Assembly (NCBI GenBank): GCA_964057225.1
Contig: OZ059895.1
Span: 19,220,001 to 19,284,000 of the forward strand
DNA length: 64,000 bases
Direction: 5' to 3'
Source of the DNA: Auanema rhodensis
Taxonomy: Eukaryota > Animalia > Nematoda
The notes below the pieces were generated by a model, which had not been told where the DNA came from, made no database searches, and worked only from the letters and a program-made list of their open reading frames with translations. Of this stretch, positions 1 to 11,427 are shown piece by piece (position 1 is the first letter of the stretch; the number at the start of each line of letters is the position of its first letter). The translations under genes were made by a program, and so were the position numbers.

Positions 1-138
1 GTGTACATTTAATTAGCATGAATTAAAGTTCACGTAAATTTCAAAGTTATTGTTACCATGCACCAATATCAATAAAAATTTGTTTTTAGACTAATATGGA
101 CATGGGGAATCTAATTTTGAGAACCGCATCTCTTTATC

Positions 139-155
139 TTTCACGGGAAGCGAGT
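139..155 (+). other. CENP-B-box-like 17-mer, present in nearly every monomer (first copy given)
   Basis: TTTCACGGGAAGCGAGT versus the canonical YTTCGTTGGAARCGGGA: 12/17 ungapped matches and 7 of the 9 core positions. Function is not shown. Confidence 0.35.
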
Positions 156-223
156 TACATACCATGTGCACATCACGTGTACAATAAATTAGCATAAATT
201 AAAGTTCACGTAAATTTCAAAGT

Positions 224-236
224 CATGGTTACCATG
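224..236. repeat. Dyad CATGGT-T-ACCATG in the consensus monomer
   Basis: Perfect 6-bp arms around a 1-nt centre, containing GGTNACC. Present in most monomers. Confidence 0.9.
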
Positions 237-248
237 CACCAATATCAA

Positions 249-264
249 TAAAAATTTGTTTTTA
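249..264. repeat. Inverted repeat TAAAAA-TTTG-TTTTTA in the major monomer type
   Basis: 6-bp arms with a 4-nt loop. Lost in monomers carrying the AATAATGTT variant. Confidence 0.85.
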
Positions 265-1814
265 GACTAATATGGACATGGGGAATCTAATTTTGAAAAC
301 CGCATCTTTTTATCTTTCACGGGAAGCGAGTTACATACCATTTGCACATCACGTGTATATATAATTAGCATAAATTAAAGTTCACGTAAATTTCAAAGTC
401 ATGGTTACCATGCACCAATATCAATAAAAATTTGTTTTTAGACTAATATGGACATGGGGAATCTAATTCTGAAAACCGCATCTTTTTATCTTTCACGTGA
501 AGCGAGTTACATACCAAGTGCACATCACGTGTACGTTTAATTAGCATAAATTAAAGTTCACGTAAAATTCAAAGTCATGGTTACCATGCACCAATATCAA
601 TAAAAATTTGTATTTAGACTAATATCGACATGGGGAATCTAATTTTGAGAACCGCATCTTTTTATCTTTCACGGGAAGCGAGTTACACACCATGTGCACA
701 TCACGTGTACATTTAATTAGCATAAATTAAAGTTCACGTAAAATTCAAAGTCATGGTTACCATGCACCAATATCAATAAAAATTTGTTTTTAGACTAATA
801 TCGACATGGGGAATCTAATTCTGAAAACCGCATCTCTTTATCTTTCACGGGAAGCGAGTTACATACCATGTGCACATCACGTGTACAATTAATTAGCATA
901 ACTTAAAGTTCACGTAAATTTCAAAGTCATGGTTACCATGCACCAATATCAATAATGTTATGTTTTTAGACTAACATGGACATGGGAAATCTAATTTTGA
1001 AAACCGCATCTTTTTATCTTTCACGGGAAGCGAGTTACATACCCTGTGCACATCACGTGTACAATTAATTAGCATAAATTAAAGTTCACGTAAATTTCAC
1101 AGTCATGGTTACCATGCACCAATATCAATAAAAATTTGTTTTTAGACTAATATGGACATGGGGAATCTAATTTTGAGAACCGCATCTTTTTATCTTTCAC
1201 GGGAAGCGAGTTACACACCATGTGCACATCACGTGTACATTTAATTAGCATAACTTAAAGTTCACGTAAATTTCAAAGTCATGGTTACCATGCACCAATA
1301 TCAATAAAAATTTGTTTTTAGACTAATATGGACATGGGGAATCTAATTTTGAAAACCGCATCTCTTTATCTTTCACGGGAAGCGAGTTACATACCATGTG
1401 CACATCACGTGTACAATTAATTAGCATAAATTAAAGTTCACGTAAATTTCAAAGTCATGGTTACCATACACCGATATCAATAAAAATTTGTTTTTAGACT
1501 AATATGGACATGGGGAATCTAATTTTGAAAACCGCATCTCTTTATCTTTCACGGGAAGCGAGTTACATACCATGTGCACATCACGTGTACAATAAATTAG
1601 CATAAATTAAAGTTCACGTAAATTTCAAAGTCATGGTTACCACGCACCAATATCAATAAAAATTTGTTTTTAGACTAATATGGACATGGGGAATCTAATT
1701 TTGAGAACCGCATCTCTTTATCTTTCACGGGAAGCGAGTTACATACCATGTGCACATCACGTGTACAATAAATTAGCATAAATTAAAGTTCACGTAAATT
1801 TGAAATTCATGGTA

Positions 1815-3585
1815 ACCATACACCGATATCAATAATGTTTTGTTTTTAGACTAATATGGACATGGGGAATCTAATTTTGAAAACCGCATCTCTTTATCTT
1901 TCACGGGAAGCGAGTTACATACCATTTGCACATCACGTGTATATATAATTAGCATAAATTAAAGTTCACGTAAATTTCAAAGTCATGGTTACCATACACC
2001 GATATCAATAATGTTATGGTTTTAGACTAATATGGACATGGGGAATCTAATTTTGAAAACCGCATCTTTTTATCTTTCACGGGAAGCGAGTTACATACCA
2101 TTTGCACATCACGTGTATATATAATTAGCATAAATTAAAGTTCACGTAAATTTCAAAGTCATGGTTACCATGCACCAATATCAATAAAAATTTGTTTTTA
2201 GACTAATATGGACATGGGGAATCTAATTTTGAAAACCGCATCTCTTTATCTTTCACGGGAAGCGAGTTACATACCATTTGCACATCACGTGTATATATAA
2301 TTAGCATAAATTAAAGTTCACGTAAATTTCAAAGTCATGGTTACCATACACCGATATCAATAATGTTATGTTTTTAGACTAATATGGACATGGGGAATCT
2401 AATTTTGAAAACCGCATCTCTTTATCTTTCACGGGAAGCGAGTTATTACATACCATTTGCACATCACGTGTATATATAATTAGCATGAATTAAAGTTCAC
2501 GTAAATTTCAAAGTCATGGTTACCATGCACCAATATCAATAAAAATTTGTTTTTAGACTAATATGGACATGGGGAATCTAATTTTGAAAACCGCATCTTT
2601 TTATCTTTCACGGGAAGCGAGTTACATACCATGTGCACATCACGTGTACAATTAATTAGCATAAATTAAAGTTCACGTAAATTTCAAAGTCATGGTTACC
2701 ATACACCGATATCAATAATGTTTTGTTTTTAGACTAATATGGACATGGGGAATCTAATTTTGAAAACCGCATCTCTTTATCTTTCACGGGAAGCGAGTTA
2801 CATACCATTTGCACATCACGTGTATATATAATTAGCATAAATTAAAGTTCACGTAAATTTCAAAGTCATGGTTACCATACACCGATATCAATAATGTTAT
2901 GGTTTTAGACTAATATGGACATGGGGAATCTAATTTTGAAAACCGCATCTTTTTATCTTTCACGGGAAGCGAGTTACATACCATTTGCACATCACGTGTA
3001 TATATAATTAGCATAAATTAAAGTTCACGTAAATTTCAAAGTCATGGTTACCATGCACCAATATCAATAAAAATTTGTTTTTAGACTAATATGGACATGG
3101 GGAATCTAATTTTGAAAACCGCATCTCTTTATCTTTCACGGGAAGCGAGTTACATACCATTTGCACATCACGTGTATATATAATTAGCATAAATTAAAGT
3201 TCACGTAAATTTCAAAGTCATGGTTACCATACACCGATATCAATAATGTTATGTTTTTAGACTAATATGGACATGGGGAATCTAATTTTGAAAACCGCAT
3301 CTCTTTATCTTTCACGGGAAGCGAGTTATTACATACCATTTGCACATCACGTGTATATATAATTAGCATGAATTAAAGTTCACGTAAATTTCAAAGTCAT
3401 GGTTACCATGCACCAATATCAATAAAAATTTGTTTTTAGACTAATATGGACATGGGGAATCTAATTTTGAAAACCGCATCTTTTTATCTTTCACGGGAAG
3501 CGAGTTACATACCATGTGCACATCACGTGTACAATTAATTAGCATAAATTAAAGTTCACGTAAATTTCAAAGTCATGGTTACCAT
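1815..3585. repeat. Tandem duplication of a 5-monomer block (883 bp)
   Basis: AGTTATTACA (TTA insertion) at 2441 and 3324; ATACACCGAT at 1818 and 2701. 883 = 5x176+3. Confidence 0.85.
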
Positions 3586-6500
3586 GCACCAATATCAATA
3601 AAAATTTGTTTTTAGACTAATATGGACATGGGGAATCTAATTTTGAAAACCGCATCTCTTTATCTTTCACGGGAAGCGAGTTACACACCATTTGCACATC
3701 ACGTGTACATTTAATTAGCTTAAATTAAAGTTCACGTAAATTTCAAAGTCATTGTTACCATGCACCAATATCAATAAAAATTTGTTTTTAGACTAATATG
3801 GACATGGGGAATCTAATTTTGAAAACCGCATCTCTTTATCTTTCACGGGAAGCGAGTTACATACCATTTGCACATCACGTGTATATATAATTAGCATAAA
3901 TTAAAGTTCACGTAAATTTCAAAGTCATGGTTACCATGCACCAATATCAATAAAAATTTGTTTTTAGACTAATATGGACATGGGGAATCTAATTTTGAAA
4001 ACCGCATCTTTTTATCTTTCACGGGAAGCGAGTTACATACCATGTGCACATCACGTGTACAATTAATTAGCATAAATTAAAGTTCACGTAAATTTCAAAG
4101 TCATGGTTACCATGCACCAATATCAATAAAAATTTGTTTTTAGACTAATATGGACATGGGGAATCTAATTTTGAAAACCGCATCTCTTTATCTTTCACGG
4201 GAAGCGAGTTACACACCATTTGCACATCACGTGTACATTTAATTAGCATAAATTAAAGTTCACGTAAATTTCAAAGTCATTGTTACCATGCACCAATATC
4301 AATAAAAATTTGTTTTTAGACTAATATGGACATGGGGAATCTAATTTTGAAAACCGCATCTCTTTATCTTTCACGGGAAGCGAGTTACATACCATTTGCA
4401 CATCACGTGTATATATAATTAGCATAAATTAAAGTTCACGTAAATTTCAAAGTCATGGTTACCATGCACCAATATCAATAAAAATTTGTTTTTAGACTAA
4501 TATGGACATGGGGAATCTAATTTTGAAAACCGCATCTCTTTATCTTTCACGGGAAGCGAGTTACATACCATTTGCACATCACGTGTATATATAATTAGCA
4601 TAAATTAAAGTTCACGTAAATTTCAAAGTCATGGTTACCATGCACCAATATCAATAAAAATTTGTTTTTAGACTAATATGGACATGGGGAATCTAATTTT
4701 GAAAACCGCATCTCTTTATCTTTCACGGGAAGCGAGTTATTACATACCATTTGCACATCACGTGTATATATAATTAGTATAAATTAAAGTTCACGTAAAT
4801 TTCAAAGTCATTGTTACCATACACCGATATCAATAATGTTATGGTTTTAGACTAATATGGACATGGGGAATCTAATTTTGAAAACCGCATCTTTTTATCT
4901 TTCACGGGAAGCGAGTTACATACCATTTGCACATCACGTGTATATATAATTAGCATAAATTAAAGTTCACGTAAATTTCAAAGTCATGGTTACCATGCAC
5001 CAATATCAATAAAAATTTGTTTTTAGACTAATATGGACATGGGGAATCTAATTTTGAAAACCGCATCTTTTTATCTTTCACGGGAAGCGAGTTACATACC
5101 ATTTGCACATCACGTGTATATATAATTAGCATAAATTAAAGTTCACGTAAATTTCAAAGTCATGGTTACCATGCACCAATATCAATAAAAATTTGTTTTT
5201 AGACTAATATGGACATGGGGAATCTAATTTTGAAAACCGCATCTCTTTATCTTTCACGGGAAGCGAGTTACATACCATTTGCACATCACGTGTATATATA
5301 ATTAGCATAAATTAAAGTTCACGTAAATTTCAAAGTCATGGTTACCATACACCGATATCAATAATGTTATGTTTTTAGACTAATATGGACATGGGGAATC
5401 TAATTTTGAAAACCGCATCTCTTTATCTTTCACGGGAAGCGAGTTATTACATACCATTTGCACATCACGTGTATATATAATTAGCATGAATTAAAGTTCA
5501 CGTAAATTTCAAAGTCATGGTTACCATGCACCAATATCAATAAAATTTGTTTTTAGACTAATATGGACATGGGGAATCTAATTTTGAAAAGCGCATCTTT
5601 TTATCTTTCACGGGAAGCGAGTTACATACCATGTGCACATCACGTGTACAATTAATTAGCATAAATTAAAGTTCACGTAAATTTCAAAGTCATGGTTACC
5701 ATGCACCAATATCAATAAAAATTTGTTTTTAGACTAATATGGACATGGGGAATCTAATTTTGAAAACCGCATCTCTTTATCTTTCACGGGAAGCGAGTTA
5801 CACACCATTTGCACATCACGTGTACATTTAATTAGCATAAATTAAAGTTCACGTAAATTTCAAAGTCATTGTTACCATGCACCAATATCAATAAAAATTT
5901 GTTTTTAGACTAATATGGACATGGGGAATCTAATTTTGAAAACCGCATCTCTTTATCTTTCACGGGAAGCGAGTTACATACCATTTGCACATCACGTGTA
6001 TATATAATTAGCATAAATTAAAGTTCACGTAAATTTCAAAGTCATGGTTACCATGCACCAATATCAATAAAAAGTTGTTTTTAGACTAATATGGACATGG
6101 GGAATCTAATTTTGAAAACCGCATCTCTTTATCTTTCACGGGAAGCGAGTTACATACCATTTGCACATCACGTGTATATATAATTAGCATAAATTAAAGT
6201 TCACGTAAATTTCAAAGTCATGGTTACCATGCACCAATATCAATAAAAATTTGTTTTTAGACTAATATGGACATGGGGAATCTAATTTTGAAAACCGCAT
6301 CTCTTTATCTTTCACGGGAAGCGAGTTATTACATACCATTTGCACATCACGTGTATATATAATTAGTATAAATTAAAGTTCACGTAAATTTCAAAGTCAT
6401 TGTTACCAAGCACCAATATCAATAAAAATTTGTTTTTAGACTAATATGGACATGGGGAATCTAATTTTGAAAACCGCATCTCTTTATCTTTCACGGGAAG

Positions 6501-7541
6501 CGAGTTACACACCATTTGCACATCACGTGTACATTTAATTAGCATAAATTAAAGTTCACGTAAATTTCAAAGTCATTGTTACCATGCACCAATATCAATA
6601 AAAATTTGTTTTTAAACTAATATGGACATGGAGAATCTAATTTTGAAAACCGCATCTCTTTATCTTTCACGGGAAGCGAGTTACATACCATTTGCACATC
6701 ACGTGTATATATAATTAGCATAAATTAAAGTTCACGTAAATTTCAAAGTCATGGTTACCATGCACCAATATCAATAAAAATTTGTTTTTAGACTAATATG
6801 GACATGGGGAATCTAATTTTGAAAACCGCATCTCTTTATCTTTCACGGGAAGCGAGTTACATACCATTTGCACATCACGTGTATATATAATTAGCATAAA
6901 TTAAAGTTCACGTAAATTTCAAAGTCATGGTTACCATGCACCAATATCAATAAAAATTTGTTTTTAGACTAATATGGACATGGGGAATCTAATTTTGAAA
7001 ACCGCATCTCTTTATCTTTCACGGGAAGCGAGTTATTACATTCCATTTGCACATCACGTGTATATATAATTAGTATAAATTAAAGTTCACGTAAATTTCA
7101 AAGTCATTGTTACCATGCACCAATATCAATAAAAATTTGTTTTTAGACTAATATGGACATGGGGAATCTAATTTTGAAAACCGCATCTCTTTATCTTTCA
7201 CGGGAAGCGAGTTACATACCATTTGCACATCACGTGTATATATAATTAGCATAAATTAAAGTTCACGTAAATTTCAAAGTCATGGTTACCATACACCGAT
7301 ATCAATAATGTTATGGTTTTAGACTAATATGGACATGGGGAATCTAATTTTGAAAACCGCATCTTTTTATCTTTCACGGGAAGCGAGTTACATACCATTT
7401 GCACATCACGTGTATATATAATTAGCATAAATTAAAGTTCACGTAAATTTCAAAGTCATGGTTACCATACACCGATATCAATAATGTTATGTTTTTAGAC
7501 TAATATGGACATGGGGAATCTAATTTTGAAAACCGCATCTC

Positions 7542-10500
7542 TTTATCTTTCACGGGAAGCGAGTTACATACCATTTGCACATCACGTGTATATATAATTA
7601 GCATAAATTAAAGTTCACGTAAACGGGAAGCGAGTTACATACCATTTGCACATCACGTGTATATATAATTAGCATAAATTAAAGTTCACGTAAATTTCAA
7701 AGTCATGGTTACCATGCACCAATATCAATAAAAATTTGTTTTTAGACTAATATGGACATGGGGAATCTAATTTTGAAAACCGCATCTCTTTATCTTTCAC
7801 GGGAAGCGAGTTACATACCATTTGCACATCACGTGTATATATAATTAGCATAAATTAAAGTTCACGTAAATTTCAAAGTCATGGTTACCATACACCGATA
7901 TCAATAATGTTATGTTTTTAGACTAATATGGACATGGGGAATCTAATTTTGAAAACCGCATCTCTTTATCTTTCACGGGAAGAGAGTTACATACCATGTG
8001 CACATCACGTGTACAATTAATTAGCATAAATTAAAGTTCACGTAAATTTCAAAGTCATTGTTACCACGCACCAATATCAATAATGTTATGTTTTTAGACT
8101 AATATGGACATGGGGAATCTAATTTTGAAAACCGCATCTCTTTATCTTTCACGGGAAGCGAGTTACATACCACGTGCACATCACGTGTACATTTAATTAG
8201 CATGAATTAAAGTTCACGTAAATTTCAAAGTTATTGTTACCATGCACCAATATCAATAAAAATTTGTTTTAAGACTAATATGGACATGGGGAATCTAATT
8301 TTGAGAACCGCATCTCTTTATCTTTCACGGGAAGCGAGTTACATACCATTTGCACATCACGTGTATATATAATTAGCATAAATTAAAGTTCACGTAAACG
8401 GGAAGCGAGTTACATACCATTTGCACATCACGTGTATATATAATTAGCATAAATTAAAGTTCACGTAAATTTCAAAGTCATGGTTACCATGCACCAATAT
8501 CAATAAAAATTTGTTTTTAGACTAATATGGACATGGGGAATCTAATTTTGAAAACCGCATCTCTTTATCTTTCACGGGAAGCGAGTTACATACCATTTGC
8601 ACATCACGTGTATATATAATTAGCATAAATTAAAGTTCACGTAAATTTCAAAGTCATGGTTACCATACACCGATATCAATAATGTTATGTTTTTAGACTA
8701 ATATGGACATGGGGAATCTAATTTTGAAAACCGCATCTCTTTATCTTTCACGGGAAGCGAGTTACATACCATGTGCACATCACGTGTACAATTAATTAGC
8801 ATAAATTAAAGTTCACGTAAATTTCAAAGTCATTGTTACCACGCACCAATATCAATAATGTTATGTTTTTAGACTAATATGGACATGGGGAATCTAATTT
8901 TGAAAACCGCATCTCTTTATCTTTCACGGGAAGCGAGTTACATACCACGTGCACATCACGTGTACATTTAATTAGCATGAATTAAAGTTCACGTAAATTT
9001 CAAAGTTATTGTTACCATGCACCAATATCAATAAAAATTTGTTTTTAGACTAATATGGACATGGGGAATCTAATTTTGAGAACCGCATCTCTTTATCTTT
9101 CACGGGAAGCGAGTTACATACCATGTGCACATCACGTGTACAATAAATTAGCATAAATTAAAGTTCACGTAAATTTGAAATTCATGGTAACCATACACCG
9201 ATATCAATAATGTTTTGTTTTTAGACTAATATGGATATGGGGAATCTAATTTTGAAAACCGCATCTTTTTATCTTTCACGGGAAGCGAGTTACATACCAT
9301 GTGCACATCACGTGTACAATTAATTAGCATAAATTAAAGTTCACGTAAATTTCAAAGTCATGGTTACCATGCACCAATATCAATAAAAATTTGTTTTTAG
9401 ACTAATATGGACATGGGGAATCTAATTTTGAAAACCGCATCTTTTTATCTTTCACGGGAAGCGAGTTACATACCATTTGCACATCACGTGTATATATAAT
9501 TAGCATAAATTAAAGTTCACGTAAACGGGAAGCGAGTTACATACCATTTGCACATCACGTGTATATATAATTAGCATAAATTAAAGTTCACGTAAATTTC
9601 AAAGTCATGGTTACCATGCACCAATATCAATAAAAATTTGTTTTTAGACTAATATGGACATGGGGAATCTAATTTTGAAAACCGCATCTCTTTATCTTTC
9701 ACGGGAAGCGAGTTACATACCATTTGCACATCACGTGTATATATAATTAGCATAAATTAAAGTTCACGTAAATTTCAAAGTCATGGTTACCATACACCGA
9801 TATCAATAATGTTATGTTTTTAGACTAATATGGACATGGGGAATCTAATTTTGAAAACCGCATCTCTTTATCTTTCACGGGAAGAGAGTTACATACCATG
9901 TGCACATCACGTGTACAATTAATTAGCATAAATTAAAGTTCACGTAAATTTCAAAGTCATTGTTACCACGCACCAATATCAATAATGTTATGTTTTTAGA
10001 CTAATATGGACATGGGGAATCTAATTTTGAAAACCGCATCTCTTTATCTTTCACGGGAAGCGAGTTACATACCACGTGCACATCACGTGTACATTTAATT
10101 AGCATGAATTAAAGTTCACGTAAATTTCAAAGTTATTGTTACCATGCACCAATATCAATAAAAATTTGTTTTAAGACTAATATGGACATGGGGAATCTAA
10201 TTTTGAGAACCGCATCTCTTTATCTTTCACGGGAAGCGAGTTACATACCATTTGCACATCACGTGTATATATAATTAGCATAAATTAAAGTTCACGTAAA
10301 CGGGAAGCGAGTTACATACCATTTGCACATCACGTGTATATATAATTAGCATAAATTAAAGTTCACGTAAATTTCAAAGTCATGGTTACCATGCACCAAT
10401 ATCAATAAAAATTTGTTTTTAGACTAATATGGACATGGGGAATCTAATTTTGAAAACCGCATCTCTTTATCTTTCACGGGAAGCGAGTTACATACCATTT

Positions 10501-11427
10501 GCACATCACGTGTATATATAATTAGCATAAATTAAAGTTCACGTAAATTTCAAAGTCATGGTTACCATACACCGATATCAATAATGTTATGTTTTTAGAC
10601 TAATATGGACATGGGGAATCTAATTTTGAAAACCGCATCTCTTTATCTTTCACGGGAAGCGAGTTACATACCATGTGCACATCACGTGTACAATTAATTA
10701 GCATAAATTAAAGTTCACGTAAATTTCAAAGTCATTGTTACCACGCACCAATATCAATAATGTTATGTTTTTAGACTAATATGGACATGGGGAATCTAAT
10801 TTTGAAAACCGCATCTCTTTATCTTTCACGGGAAGCGAGTTACATACCACGTGCACATCACGTGTACATTTAATTAGCATGAATTAAAGTTCACGTAAAT
10901 TTCAAAGTTATTGTTACCATGCACCAATATCAATAAAAATTTGTTTTTAGACTAATATGGACATGGGGAATCTAATTTTGAGAACCGCATCTCTTTATCT
11001 TTCACGGGAAGCGAGTTACATACCATGTGCACATCACGTGTACAATAAATTAGCATAAATTAAAGTTCACGTAAATTTGAAATTCATGGTAACCATACAC
11101 CGATATCAATAATGTTTTGTTTTTAGACTAATATGGATATGGGGAATCTAATTTTGAAAACCGCATCTTTTTATCTTTCACGGGAAGCGAGTTACATACC
11201 ATGTGCACATCACGTGTACAATTAATTAGCATAAATTAAAGTTCACGTAAATTTCAAAGTCATGGTTACCATGCACCAATATCAATAAAAATTTGTTTTT
11301 AGACTAATATGGACATGGGGAATCTAATTTTGAAAACCGCATCTTTTTATCTTTCACGGGAAGCGAGTTACATACCATTTGCACATCACGTGTATATATA
11401 ATTAGCATAAATTAAAGTTCACGTAAA
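7542..11427. repeat. Two tandem copies of a 1902-bp higher-order unit with a nested 775-bp duplication
   Basis: Private markers AGAGAG at 7981/9883 and AAGAC at 8271/10173. Truncation junctions at 7624/9526 and 8399/10301. All offsets are 1902 = 10x176+2x71. Confidence 0.92.
7553..7623. repeat. 71-bp truncated monomer (copy 1 of 5)
   Basis: Junction TTCACGTAAA|CGGGAAG; CGGGAAG at 7553 and 7624. The same junction occurs at 8398/9, 9525/6, 10300/1 and 59523/4. Confidence 0.95.

Noticed and set aside
1-176. Identity with Brassica CentBr or honeybee AluI (both about 176 bp), Arabidopsis CEN180, or alpha satellite
   Set aside because: Only the length is similar. The consensus has no AAGCTT or AGCT site and does not resemble those sequences as I recall them. 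A database search is needed.
1-176. Tandem 5S rRNA, tRNA or snRNA gene unit
   Set aside because: No recognisable A/B/C boxes, cloverleaf or conserved RNA sequence.
1-176. Phased A-tract curvature
   Set aside because: A/T tracts are present, but I could not establish a regular 10-11 bp phasing by eye.
272-364. 30-codon ORF in each monomer (MDMGNLILKTASFYLSREASYIPFAHHVYI); the TTA insertion is in frame
   Set aside because: Short enough to arise by chance, with no recognisable homology, and amplified +1/-1 variants (GAAAAACC, AAAACGC) shift the frame.
350-365. Promoter-like CACGTG + TATATAA, and AATAAA polyadenylation signal
   Set aside because: Short motifs expected in AT-rich DNA, and there is no gene or transcript evidence.
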